A DNA stretch of 60,708 nucleotides, counting the filler, from Dugesia japonica (taxonomy: Eukaryota): the NCBI GenBank assembly GCA_001938525.1. It is 6 parts of 6 records of this genome, joined end to end, with 100 filler letters (N's around TTAATTAATTAA, not from the genome) between each part and the next. Parts side by side here need not be neighbours in the genome. Positions count along the whole stretch, not along the records: positions 19,838 to 28,431 come from MQRL01465237.1; positions 28,532 to 38,643 come from MQRL01535553.1; positions 38,744 to 47,392 come from MQRL01266028.1; 3 more parts are not named here. One strand, given 5' to 3'. Under the pieces are notes generated by a model. The model saw nothing but the letters and a program-made list of their open reading frames with translations. It ran no database searches and was not told the origin of the DNA. A program made the translations under genes and the position numbers. Below, piece after piece: positions 25,126 through 38,842 of the stretch (positions within the stretch are counted from its first letter, which is position 1; every line of letters begins with the position of its first letter).

Positions 25126-26120
25126 ATGAATGAAGCAAATCAAATTGAAAATTTAAAGCAGCATTTTAAGAAAGTCTTACTTTTTTATTCAAAACAAAAG
25201 TTAAATGCGGTAGAAGCGCAACGTAAAATATGCACTGTATATGGTGACTCATCCAAAAACTCTGTTATCTGCCAGAGATGGTTTGTACATTTTCGTTCTG
25301 GGGGTTTCAGTTTCCAAGATAATGCCAGAAAAAGTCGCCGTGTCACCACAGATGATGACCAAATCTTGATCAACATAGAAATAGTGCAGAGGTTAGATAT
25401 TTAACATTCCACTGTTCTGGAGCGATTAAAAAATCTTGAAATGACAATAATATGAATATTTGGGTCCCGCATGAATTGTCAGAAAGAACATTTCTGACCA
25501 AATTGTGGTTTGAGGTTCTCTTAAAATTAAATTTATTGAATTCATTTTTAAAGCTTCTAAAAACCGAAGACAAAAACATTAAGCATCGGCTGTCATGGTG
25601 CGGTCCAGATAGGTCATTGCAAACAACAGCAAAACCAAATTTGCATTCCAAGATGATGATGTTATGCATTTGGTGGGATTGAAAGGCAATTATTTATTAC
25701 GAGCTGTTTAATAGTGGTTAGACTATCAATGTAGAGGAATACTGTGATCAGTTAGAAAAATTGAAGTAGTTCATGCTGAAGAAAATTTCAGAATTGACGA
25801 ACAGAAAGAATGTGGTATTTCACCAGAACAACGCTAAACCACATAATGCTTTGGCAAGTAAACACAAACTAAAGGACCTCGGTTAGGAAGCAATGCAGCA
25901 ACCAATGTATTTGCCAGATCTAACATATTTGGTTTTCTATCTATTCTGATCACTTCAAAAATAATCTAAACCCACAATGATTTAATTCAATCGATGATGT
26001 CAAGAAGTATTTGGAGAATATGTTTGCAGAAAAGACCCAATGTTTTTATGAAGCTGGTACAATAAGCTTACCACAACATTGAAAATAGATTATAAATAAC
26101 ATTAGTCAATGATTTTTATG
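25126..26120 (+). pseudogene. Near full-length degenerate mariner (D,D34D) transposase
   Basis: HFKKVLLFYSKQKLNAVEAQRKICTVYG...CQRWFVHFRSG; WVPHELS; AKPNLHSKMMMLCIWWD*KAIIYYEL; FHQNNAKPH; YLPDL..YLF. Several stops and frameshifts. Confidence 0.92.
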
Positions 26121-27851
26121 AATAAAATAAAGATTTATATGTTATAACTTTGACTTTTAATTTTGATGAAAATAATCCAGAACTTATTCCACATATCAAA
26201 ATAATCAGTCTTGATGAAATTGATACACTATCGCATCTCCCGTAACTTGTCAGACCTTGCAGTTTCCTACTTTCATCTATTCCAATCAATATTATATTTT
26301 CACCGAGGGTGGCGTTTTGAGATTAGAGAAGACCTTTACAGTAATCTCAAAATATTCTTTGACTACAAACCCACTGATTCGTAAAAAAGAGAGATCCAAA
26401 AGATTGACCAACGTTGGGTCCTTTGTTTGCCGCAATAATTGATTTTATTTTACTTATTAAACCCTGTTTTGGAAAAAAACGTTAATTTCTTTTGGAAAAA
26501 TTTCTCAATTTTAATTGGATACCTTAATATTATGTTGCCGTTGACCAAAATAATTTTAATGAAATAATATATAAATTTGTAAATGTAAAAGCATAATTTG
26601 AGTTAGACAGATTTCTGCAGTAATGTTGATATTTGCTTTCAGGGTTTTTTACATTGTAATTAAATTTAAAACAATTTTAAACGTTGAAAATAATATTATT
26701 ATGAAAGAATGAAAAATAGCGAAATTTTTACAACTTTTCAGGGTGCCAAAAACTGATTTATACTGGTTGAGGAATAATTTCTGCCTTATCTTTTGAAAAT
26801 GTAAAGATATGAATAAGATATGCAAATATTATTTAAAATATACACATATTGTCCATTTTGTTGGCAGCGTTATGATAATGACATTTTTCTCATAAAACCT
26901 TTTTAGTTTTCCTGCGAAAAAAGTGTTCAAGAGCATTTTAATATTTAAAGCTTCCTCAACAGATTGCAGTCTGCAAGAGCTATATCTGACAAGTATAGAG
27001 GTGCTGCTTTACTTTAGTCTTTTAGTTTTGACTGTATCACTAAAGCAATCTTTGTTCTGCCGATTTTCATATTGACAGATTATATTCTCTCTGTTTTCTA
27101 ATTATATACGTTTTATTTGATCCAGATTTTTAGGTTTAAGTGTAGTACTTAGCCGTATTGATAATCTAAACACTTGGAAAAACGATTTTTCAATCTCAGC
27201 AAAGGTATATCATCGTCTTTTGAAGATGTATGGATTTAATCTAAGCCATCTTTATTCAACCACTGTACCGCCACTGTAAATATCCATACATAAGTGACGT
27301 CAAACGAATAATTCAATTGATTTTAAATTCTTTAGTGGGGACTGCTTAAACCAAAGAATACAATTTGTTGTTGGTGGTCACCAAAATTTTAAATTAGTAA
27401 AAGTGTACCACAAAGAAATAAAATATAGTTTTTATAATAAAATTAATAATAAATACTTTCAACTTTGTTTTAAATCAAAAATACTTTTTTGGTTGAAAAC
27501 GAAAATCGAATTGAATTATTTGTTTTAATTATTTCATATATATTTATTTTCTGACTTCAAAATTGTTTTAAAATTATTAAAAATAATTATCAATTTCTCA
27601 AAAATTTGATAATTTCATATTTAAATTAGTGAAAAAAACCAATTATTGTAAATTATTATTTCAATTAAAAATAAAAAATTTAAAATAATAAAGATGAGTA
27701 AGTCAATAAAAATAAAATTTCAAATAAATATTGTTTCAATTACAAATTGAGAAAATATTGTAAGAAAATAAAATTATAAATTATAACCCAAATTATAATA
27801 TAAATGACAAAAATTATCACAAAAATATCTNNNNNNNNNNNNNNNNNNNNN

Positions 27852-27896
<45 letters not shown>

Positions 27897-28383
27897 TATT
27901 TTAAGAAAATTAAATATTATTTATTTATGAATATAATAAATCATTTTAGTAATATTATATGGATATAATTTCACTTTTATATCTAAAGGCCGATAATCTT
28001 TTATTTTCTAAACAAGATCTTAAACAGTAAATTGTGTAAATACAAATAAAGAGAATGCACAAACAAAAAATTCTTAGATGATATCAAAATCCATTTCGTA
28101 TATAATATTTCCTTTTTTCATTGGTAATTAGTAAAATGGTTTATCTTTTAATTTCTAAATGGAAAACATTAGCAAAATTACTGATTAATGCATTTAAATA
28201 CGGTATAATAAACCTATTATAAATCTATAATAAAACTAATATTAAAACAATATTACTAATAGAAAAAAGAAAACTAATAATCATAAAATCTTGACTGTTA
28301 ATCAAACGGTAAATGCAAATTGTAAAATAATAAAAAAAAAAAACTATTTATTTAACAATTAATAATAATAATAATAATAATAA

Positions 28384-28431
<48 letters not shown>

Positions 28432-28531
28432 NNNNNNNNNNNNNNNNNNNNNNNNNNNNNNNNNNNNNNNNNNNNTTAATTAATTAANNNNNNNNNNNNN
28501 NNNNNNNNNNNNNNNNNNNNNNNNNNNNNNN
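28432..28531. other. Artificial scaffold-joining spacer
   Basis: N44-TTAATTAATTAA-N44. Confidence 0.97.
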
Positions 28532-29948
28532 TGTCTTACAATGATATCTTCCTTGGTTCATTTGAATATAGATCATATGTCAAATTTAATAGAGAAACTC
28601 TCTGATTACCATTTATTTTTTTAAACTTTGAATGTTTAACAGTCTGTATGTATCGAGAATAATGACTTCATTGAAGTTGGTATTTCTTAAGAAAATTATT
28701 TTTTCGGAAATAATTAATTTGCATTTGTTCTAAACTAATTTCCCTAAATACCTTTTTCATGTTTTCAATATTCTGTCATTATTTTGAATATGAATTTTAT
28801 CTTGTATTTACATGTTAATCTAAAGTTTCCTATATAAATTCCACTAATCAATAGTTTCTGAACTGAATCAATATAAATACTTGATTTATTTAAAGAATAC
28901 ATTTAAACAAACAATCATTTTGAATAATTTTCTACTTAAAAAATTTCCAATCATAATCATATAAATCTATGCCAATGGATGGTAAAGTACATCTCTTTTT
29001 CAATCATACCTCTTTTCAATTTTCAGATCAACTTATTTTTCTGAACAGGCATTTTTGCATTAAAAATTAATGAATCGAAAACCAGATCACAACTTACAGA
29101 TAATAACTTTTCATCCATTTTACGAATATAATCAAAAAAAAACAGAGTTCCGATTACGATATAGTTTTGGTAAAGTTTTCCCAACTGCAAAAATCTCAGT
29201 AACGTTAATGAAATAAATTCATCCTTTATATTAAATTTATACAATATGTTAATTGGGGCCTAGGACTGACGACGCAAATAGGATTAATTTTTTCTATATT
29301 ATTTACATACCTATTTTTGTTCATTGGTTAACNCAAGGCGAATTATTAATGACGTAACTTCTAAATTGCTTAAGTTTTATGACGCTAATTGAGATCGCGG
29401 TGAATATTTTATTATTATTTATTTTACTAATATGGAAAAATCCGTTTAATTAGAGACATTTATAATTATCTTAATTATTGCTGATAACAATCATTTCAGC
29501 TATTATTTATTTGACAAAGTTTAATCTAGTATAACATTAACAAGGTTTGTTAACGTCTCACATATCACAGTTTTCTTCGATGTGAAATCAATTCAAAACA
29601 ACTCAAAAACGTTTTATTTTATTTCTTTAGATTAAGGCAATGTATCAAAACTTAACAAATAAATAAAGGGTATTGAAAGAAAAATGGTTGACTTACTAAT
29701 TAATATAGATTCATTTATCTTCTTTATAATTTTCTATTAATTATTCAATTTGTCTTTGAATGGTATTAATAAACAGAAAATAATTTTGATTTCATCAGCA
29801 ACTTAATTATTTCTGATAAAATATTAAAAACAATTAGTTTTAATGAATTTATGAAGTAAATGTTAGATGTCTAATTNATATTATAATATTTTATTTATAA
29901 CATTTCTTTTATTTTATTCAATAAAACTTCGATTTTAATGCAATATAT

Positions 29949-30285
29949 CAGGGTTGTCCAACCTCTAGGAACTCAAGGGCCGCAATACAAAAATAAAAAT
30001 TATCTGTGGGCCGCACCGAACCTAATAAAACATTTTTAACATTTTAACTAAGTTTTATTGAAATATTAAACAAACTGTGAATTTCAATGATAATTGTGCG
30101 GTAACTCTGATTTCTTTACTAATGTAGCTATATCGATTTCAATGTTTTTTGTAGCCAAACACAGTAAATTTGATAACGATTTGTTCTATATTTAGATTTT
30201 CACTTTTATTAGATATTTAACTTTTCATGAAATAATATATGTATTATGGAAAAATGATTAGTGGGCAGCGTTTTGGACAGCTCTG
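29949..30285. mobile_element. Non-autonomous hAT (Charlie/SPIN-like) element, 337 bp
   Basis: TIRs CAGGGTTGTCCAA and TTGGACAGCTCTG, a perfect 8-bp target-site duplication CAATATAT (29941-29948, 30286-30293), and subterminal GGGCCGCA motifs. Confidence 0.9.
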
Positions 30286-33200
30286 CAATATATGAATTAT
30301 TAAAACAAGTTATTTAAATCATTGTTTTTCCAATCATGGAAATAAAATGTTTGAAAATATAAATAAAAAATTAGAATTAATTTATCATTTAGAAAAATAA
30401 TTAATAAAAATAATTCAAAATAATAATTATTAAATAATTAATAATAAATTAACGAAAATTGACAATTTAAAATTAAATTAATTGAACGATATACACAATT
30501 GGGATTTCCAATCAAACAGTTTTCATATGGATTCTCGTTTTTTTCCTATTTATATCTTGTCAGATTTTAAAATTGAATGAATTAAATGGGTATTTCAAAT
30601 TAATAATGATAAATTATTATTATTTTTAAATTTTTAGGATTAATATTAATTTTTTTTAATATTAGATTTAGAATTTTATTTATGGATTAAATTAGGGTTA
30701 ATTTTAAATTTGTAAATATTGATTAATTTAATATAAAAGTATTTTTAAAGCAATTAAAATTTTAAAATTAAATTGAATTTTAAGAGATTTTAGGTAAAAT
30801 TGATATTTAAATTATAATAAAAGTTTTAAAAAAATTTTTTTTTAATTGATTTAGTTATATTAAAAGTTTTTGTTTAAATAGTCATTAAAAGCTAGGAAAT
30901 TGTGGAAAAACAAATTCAAAACGAAGGTAGATAAAAAAAATGAAATTGTTTTAATAGTAAATTGTATTAAAAATGTTGGATTGATTGAAAGTATCGTATA
31001 CGATTTTAATAATTTTTCCTAAGTATAAATTAATCCAATTAAATATTTTATTTATTTATATTTTAATGGAACACACAAATTTATGTTCCTAATTCCGAAA
31101 CTGTTTATCTTTTAGTTATTATATTTATTTACATTCTTTAAAGTTACTTCCAAAAGTTTATAACAAGCTTTATTCGTAATCTTAATTTGTAAAAAATACA
31201 AACAATTTGTTAATTTGTTAACAGATCTGATCAGATATTTTACCTATCAGAAATTTATTAAAAGCCACATCTTAAAAAGTCCAATGTCAAAAACATATAA
31301 AAGAACTGTGTGCAGTCATGATGGAACCGCATCTTTTTCAATTTATGCGACTATTTTTCTGGAATCTCTTTTTTTCAAAAATTGATCATAATATTTCACA
31401 GTAATTGTTTTTACCTTTTCAAGGTAATGGACGAGAATTAAAACCTGGAAATTTTGTTTCAAGTTCGTAGTGGCGATTTAAAGTTTCATCAACAGTAATA
31501 AAACGACGAAAAAATGCACTAGTGCAAAAATTGTTCCAAATAGTCAATACGCTCACGCTTTTCGTCACTAGTCATTATGCACGACACCTAATTTTTCTGA
31601 CAGTTTTTTATTCGAAAATTTTATTGTAATTACTGATTCTATTTAAATACCCCCATCCGTGTTTATCTCGTGCANNNNNNNNNNNNNNNNNNNNNNNNNN
31701 NNNNNNNNNNNNNNNNNNNNNNNNNNNNNNNNNNNNNNNNNNNNNNNNNNNNNGTAATCGTTTAGCGTCTTAAAAGAAAACGTTTTCAGAGCACTAAACG
31801 TTCATGGTGTTAGATTTTAGTGAAAGACTTTTGGCAATTATAAGTTTAAGCTGTAGCTTAATTAAAGCAGATTTATATATTTCTCTAAAATTTTAGATTT
31901 TTACTTTTCAATGTCAATAATTGTAAATAAAAACGTTTCATGACGTTAGTTGTGAAATTTATTTTATTTTTACGGACTTATTGAACTTTCTTCGTATATA
32001 CAATATCCGGTAATTCATCACGGAAAATAAATCTCGTGGAAATTTATAATTTGATAAAACGGACCACGTGAGAACTAATCATCAAATAATTATATAATAT
32101 TATTATGGAAATTATTAGTTGAATTCAAATTCTCACAACTCTCCATAAATTTTTATTGATTATTACAAGTTTTATCAAAATAATAAAAATTGATGAACAA
32201 TTTACAGTATTCAAACAAATAATCTGAGAAATTTTAATAAATATATTTTTTAAAAATATCGATTTTCCTTTTTAAAATATTTTATATACCATAATTTTAA
32301 AAAAACTTTTATAATTTTAAATAGAACAAAATTTTAAAACACTTTCATATCATAAAATTTTTTTTAAAGTTTTACCTGATATAAAATATCTATTTTGATT
32401 TTAAAATAATTTAATTTCAAAAAAACACTTTACAATTTTTAAAAATTTATCTTCACTTTTTTCAAAAATATTTGAAAGTTTAAAACATAAATTTTAAAAT
32501 AATATGTATGTAATATATATAAAAATTAAAAAATCTCAGACATTTGAAATCAACGAAACGAAATTAACAACGATAAATACAAACGATCAGTATTTCATTA
32601 TTAATTATTATTATTGTTACAAAATTAAAAATAAAGACTTATCAGTTAAAATAAGACAAAAGTAACAATTGGGAGCTAAACCTCGAGGTTAATATAAGAT
32701 ATTACGATTATTATAACCTAATTCATTGAACATGGTATTCGATTTCTCGATATCATATCTTGATTGCTGGAAGTAAGCATTAGGTAAACTCTAAAATAAA
32801 CTTCCACATTGTTTGATGGTCGCGCCCGTAAGGTTTTCAAATCATTTTTGTCATCCTTTACAAGAGTTTGTTTGTTTTAGGTTGATATACTTCTTGTTTA
32901 TTTTTAGCGTAATCATATATTTCATACCAGATAAATCCGAACGTTACGTACTGACACTAAGTTTACTTATATCATTATGTCATAAAGTATTAATAATAAT
33001 TAAAACAATATCACAAGTTCACAAAGCAAGCCAACACTCATAAACTGTTTTAACATATAAGGAATTATATATTAGTTATTATATGACTAAAATGACGATT
33101 ATTTATGCCATGATAAATTTTAAAACCATGAATTTTCTTAGGATTCATTTTCCTCGATGAAATAAAGTACATATAAGTAATTATTTAAAGATTTAAAAGA

Positions 33201-33499
33201 AAAAGTTTTATTTTATTATGTAATAATAATATTTTAAAAATAACATAAGTGGTGCCACATAAATAAGTGAAGCGAATAAATAATGCAATAATTTTTGAGC
33301 TGCGATGATGAATTATAAATGAACCAATAGAAGAACTCAATTTATTGGGTGGAATAAGCTTCAACCTTTTCATCAAAATGAAAAAACAAATTTAGAAAAT
33401 GCAAATATTATTTTTATCACATAAATATTGCCATTTTGGTGGATAACCTGTTGCCAGCGTAAACTCTATTTTTTTAAATCATTTTATTTTTATTCTTAT

Positions 33500-34006
33500 T
33501 CCTATAAATCCTATTGATGGGAAATAATGCTGACATGACAATCAATACAGAAATCTTTTATCAACAGTTTTATCTTCCGAAAATAACAATACAGCTCGAA
33601 CGACCAAGCACCATAACAAATCATTCACTAGTAAAACACTGCTAAACCTCACACTTCAAACCGAACGAAAACAGAAATTCCGGAGCTGCGTTTGGAGATC
33701 CTTTCATATTTACCCATATCTCCCGATTTTGCTCCATTGAATTATGATCTCTTATGAAATATTTATTGTTCTCTTAAAAAGGATTTCCTTCAAAAGAGAT
33801 GCAGAGATCGCAAATAGACTTGACGAATTCTTCGATCAAAATTCAAAAATCAAAAATTTTTTCAAGCGAAAAGCATGTCGAAAGGGGGTAAAACTTAGAG
33901 CACAACAAAAGAGAATATATAACTGATTAACTTTATATATTAACTGTATAAAAATAAAAATGTTTTGCGGCTTGAAATTACCGCTTGAATTTATGTGCCA
34001 ACCTAA
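33500..34006 (+). mobile_element. Mariner 3' remnant with right TIR
   Basis: Degenerate LEILS.LP.SPDFAP (YSPDLAP motif) and terminal GAATTTATGTGCCAACCTAA followed by TA. Confidence 0.75.
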
Positions 34007-35113
34007 TACTTCTGTTGCTAACAAAAATACAACAAACATATGATTTATCAAGATTCTGTAATTAGAAATAAAATTAATTGGTTCTCAAAGAAAATCAATT
34101 TGATACTTATTTGTCAAAAATTTTCTGAAAATATATTTCCATTTATTTCTTCATTAAAACAACCAATATATTTTCACAAAATATTCAATTAAACTGTCAA
34201 TAGTGAAACAAATTCTTTATTGTTAATATTATTCAGGGAATTTTTAAGAGAAAATTATGGAATATTTAATGGTTAAAGAATTGATAATTTTAATTATTTA
34301 CAAATTGTTACAGTTTTATATTTTAAATTTATCAGAAATAAATTATAAAATATAAATTTAAATAAATTTTAATAATATTTTTTGTTAAATTACTACGCGG
34401 AAAGTCTTACAAAAATCGATTTATAATAATAACTACTAAATCAATGAAATTACAGAGTTTTCGCGAGATATAAAACATTTTTCAATTAAATATAAAACAA
34501 TTAAAATTATATAAAAGATATACAAATCTGAATTTGAATNAAAATAATTTTCCATCAATAAGAGTAAAGTTTATACTTATGCTATTTTCATATTTAAAGA
34601 AAAATAGATTTTTCTGATAAAGTTATTAACAGAAATTATATCCTAATGTATCAATATAAAATTTATCTTACAGACAATATTTTAATTATTTACAAATTAT
34701 TTAAAAGAAAAATAAGTTGGTTTATAAAATTAAGTGATATTGTTATTTTACTCAATAAAGTTATATATATANNNNNNNNNNNNNNNNNNNNNNNNNNNNN
34801 NNNNNNNNNNNNNNNNNNNNNNNNNNNNNNNNNNNNNNNNNNNNNNNNNNAATTGTTGTCCGGTTATTCCTCTTTATATCCATGCCCTAAAATGTCTGAA
34901 CCATCCAACAACTTCTATTTTTTCAGAACCAAGTAGATTATTAGGCTGTTCCGATAATGATAAATTATTGGTTGGTCTTGGTGTTTTAGAGGTATATCTG
35001 GATTTAANNNNNNNNNNNNNNNNNNNNNNNNNNNNNNNNNNNNNNNNNNNNNNNNNNNNNNNNNNNNNNNNNNNNNNNNNNNNNNNNNNNNNNNNNNNNN
35101 NNNNNNNNNNNNG

Positions 35114-35220
35114 TATATCGGCTCTTTTGTGAAACGCACAATTATCCATGATAAAAATATGGTTTGGATTGTTTTTGAAGTGTGATTTTAACTTAAAATC
35201 GATAAATAAATTACTATCGT
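35114..35220 (-). mobile_element. IS630-Tc1-mariner DDE fragment
   Basis: HIFIMDNCAFHK matches the I.MDNA.FH second-D motif. The segment is short and flanked by a gap. Confidence 0.5.
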
Positions 35221-35273
35221 ATGATCTTTCTTTTAGGTAAATAGGAGTGCATATTACCACCACCTGACTCCGT

Positions 35274-36268
35274 GAGGGAAAATAAAGGTTTTGTTTCAAT
35301 GCTTAAAAATTTTAAAAATCAGATTGATAAATTTTTAAATATTTTCAAATTTTTAGAAAACAATGTGCAGTGTTTCTGATCGGATTATATTTGGTATCTA
35401 TACACGCGGAATGTACATAAGTACATATCGGTGCTATTTCCATTTACGTGTTCTAAATGTGTTCATCGATATTCATAAAAAACTCCTTTAGAATTCAACA
35501 GACCTCTTACTTTATTGATTTTTGCTTTATTGAATCGAAAATGTTGCTAACAAAGTAAGACCGAAATTCCGTCTATACATTGTTTAAATGATGTAAAGTG
35601 CCGCGTTTTCGAAATAAGGGCGCATAGAATTACCTAGTCGGTTACCGCGCATTTACGAAATAATTGTCCTAGTTCTTGTAATTAGATGACACACAATACT
35701 ATGATAATTTAAAAGTCAATAAAATAAATACTCAAATCAATATTTGACAAGAACTGTTAAAAAATCTTTTTAAAGTCTGTCTTCAGCCAAATCTTTCTAT
35801 TACAGTCATTGGGTATTTGAAACCATTGGATAGAAAATTTAAAAGTACCCAAACATTGCTTAAAAGACTATTATCCATTTATTTTTGTTTTCATAGGATT
35901 ATTTTAATAAGACTTGATAATTTTTATAGAGTTTTACAAAGCTTGTTTAAGACTTACTAAGTTGTAGTTGGATTTAATAGAAGTTTTATAAGATCTAAAA
36001 GATTTAATAAGTTTGTTTAAATTTCAACCGAAAAATAATTGTCAATCTCGTGAAAATATATATAAAATCAAAAACAAAATACATCGATACTAGTCCTTTT
36101 AACCGTATATTTACAGTTTTTGATTTTCCATTCACTAGTATCAAAATTTGTGCTTGTATACATTCCGCGTGCATGGATACTAAATATAATTCGATCAGAA
36201 AAACTTCACATTGTTTTCTAAAAATTTAAAAATTTTTAAGCGCTGAAACAAAAACTTTATTTTCCCTC
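35274..36268. mobile_element. ~1-kb non-coding element with long (~120-150 bp) terminal inverted repeats beginning GAGGGAAAATAAAG
   Basis: Left arm 35274-35424 and right arm 36150-36268 are reverse complements. The left arm carries a ~30-nt insertion. No clear TSD. Confidence 0.8.
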
Positions 36269-36299
36269 TATCTGTATAGACCCAATCTGTGTAGACCCA

Positions 36300-36830
36300 A
36301 TGCAAGATATGGTTCAATCGTTTCAGAAATGGTGAAAGAAGCCTGGTAAACTTATCGAAAACTGGCCGAAAATCGATTCTGGATTATGAAACTGTACGAA
36401 AATTTGTCAAATCAAATCCTAGGCAATCCGCTGCAGAAATGGCTGTTAATCTCCACTGTGGTGGGCAGACCGTTCGTGATTATCTGCATCTTATTGAAAA
36501 TTCATACAAGGCTGGTACATGGATTCAACACAATTTATCAAATGAGTAGAAATCGACGAGGGTTATGATTTCAAATGCAAATTTAATTAAACATAACAAA
36601 GAACCTTTTTGGAAGCAAATTNNNNNNNNNNNNNNNNNNNNNNNNNNNNNNNNNNNNNNNNNNNNNNNNNNNNNNNNNNNTTCTGCAGAACAGACTCCAA
36701 TTCCAACTGCAAGGCGACTAATACATGACGAAGAGTTACTAAATAGATATGGATTACTCAGATCAATATCACAATGGCTACAAGTCTTGGATAATAATTT
36801 AACTACTAAAGTAAAAACAAGCGAATATTT
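36300..36830 (+). mobile_element. Mariner transposase remnant
   Basis: GTWIQHNLSNE*KSTRVMISNANLIKHNKEPFWKQI (degenerate WVPHEL...EPFL..I) and PIPTARRLIH after the gap. Confidence 0.65.
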
Positions 36831-37129
36831 TAACAGTATAGATAAATTCAAATGATTTAGGACTATTTTAAAGATAATCAAAAGAAGAAACTAGTCGTTA
36901 TACTAGAAGTAAAGTGTTTTCCATAAAAAAATATTTTGTAATGCTCGAATAAATAAAATTAGATGATGCTAGATCTAGCAAGTACTAGAGTAGTGTAAAG
37001 TATCTCAGCTATATTGCAACAACTTTTCTCAGGTCTGTAAAGATACATGGAGTTGAACTATTACATCATATTTTTTGCTCTATTCCGGTATCCATCTTTT
37101 GCAAATGGTTCACAGGAGTTTTCTATTAG

Positions 37130-37410
37130 ATATTTTGATAATGGCTACATTTTTGTAAATTGTGTAATACGGTTCCTTCTGAATCACAACTCGGTTTGTT
37201 GGTCATATATAATCAATAGGCTACGCAAGTGTTCAAGATCTTTACACGTTGTATCACCACTAAGACATTTAAAAAACCAGTTATAACTTATGCGTCCACT
37301 TACACCACATTTTCCGAACAACTCACAATATTTCTTTATGACTTGTATTGCCTTTTTCTTTTTACGAAAATAAAACAACATTAAAGAACGAAGATATTAA
37401 TATTTCTTCT
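37130..37410 (-). mobile_element. Mariner transposase 5' (HTH) fragment
   Basis: MLFYFRKKKKAIQVIKKYCELFGKCGVSGRISYNWFFKCLSGDTTCKD matches the mariner N-terminal HTH. Confidence 0.75.
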
Positions 37411-37931
37411 TGTCTTCCATATTTTCCCAATAATTTCAACTAATCAACTAAATTTATTTTTAAAATTAGGGTACTAACAATGAGCGGACAAGTATGACAA
37501 TTAAAACAAATATATATCTGATATTTTAAATGAATTAGGATTTCAATAATTTGCTTATTTTGATTTAATACAAAAAAATGAAGACTTATTANNNNNNNNN
37601 NNNNNNNNNNNNNNNNNNNNNNNNNNNNNNNNNNNNNNNNNNNNNNNNNNNNNNNNNNNNNNNNNNNNNNNNNNNNNNNNNNNNNNNNNTAAAATGAAAG
37701 TTAAACATTATTGAATAATATTAATCAAATAAGAAAAGACAATGTTTACTAGATTTATTAAGATAATCTTAAAATTTTTGATTAACCTTGTCAATAATTC
37801 CAATAATTTATTTGTTTATTTTGTTTGTAATATTTCAGTTAATGAAATCAAATTACCAACAAAATCTTCATAAGTAAAATCAGTTCTATTATATTCGTTT
37901 TAATTATTTTTTGAATTTCAAAGGCCAGTAA

Positions 37932-37965
<34 letters not shown>

Positions 37966-38571
37966 ATAAAAATTTCATTCAGAGATCTGATGTGGTCCCT
38001 TGAACTCCAGGAGTAGTTAAAAAAGTCGTTTTCCTTAATCCATCTTTTTAAGTATTTATTTATCTATCCATATATTTATTTTATATTAGGTAGCCAAGAG
38101 AATTTTTATAGTTTTCTTTAATCAACTAAGAATGCTTAAAGGTTAAACTAATATAAAAGTTTATTTATTAAAATAATTTCATTCACATTCTACCACACTT
38201 CTGCAATGAGGTAACAGTTTAAAAGTTCCATTTATTAATAAAATTTCGAATCGTTTGAAGTGAAAAATCTTCAGATATCTAATTCATATCATGACCTTCT
38301 GATTGATATGATTGTCTAAGTCAAATAAAAATGGAAGTCAGTTGGAGAAATATCTGAATAAATAGGTGGATATTANNNNNNNNNNNNNNNNNNNNNNNNN
38401 NNNNNNNNNNNNNNNNNNNNNNNNNNNNNNNNNNNNNNNNNNNNNNNNNNNNNNNNNNNNTGAGGCTTCGCATTATCATGGCGCAACATAACTTTCTTTC
38501 TATTGTTAATACCTCAATTGATTTTGAAGCAGCCTATCATCACACTTTACATCATTTGATTCGATATTAAT

Positions 38572-38643
38572 TATTCAATATTCATTATTCAATATTCATT
38601 ATTCAATATTCATTATTCAATATTCATTATTCAATATTCATTA
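38572..38643. repeat. 14-bp tandem repeat (TATTCAATATTCAT)n running into the scaffold end
   Basis: About 5 perfect units. Confidence 0.9.
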
Positions 38644-38743
38644 NNNNNNNNNNNNNNNNNNNNNNNNNNNNNNNNNNNNNNNNNNNNTTAATTAATTAAN
38701 NNNNNNNNNNNNNNNNNNNNNNNNNNNNNNNNNNNNNNNNNNN
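38644..38743. other. Artificial scaffold-joining spacer
   Basis: N44-TTAATTAATTAA-N44. Confidence 0.97.
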
Positions 38744-38842
38744 TTTCCCAACTAAATACACAGGAAAAAGGTAACCCCACTTTGCCTTCTAATAAGCCTA
38801 AAAAATTTTCCCAACTAAATACACAGGAAAAAAGTAACCCCA
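38744..38842. repeat. ~63-bp-period direct repeat (TTTCCCAACTAAATACACAGGAAAA.GTAACCCCA)
   Basis: Two copies of a ~36-bp core at the scaffold start, probably a truncated satellite. Confidence 0.7.
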
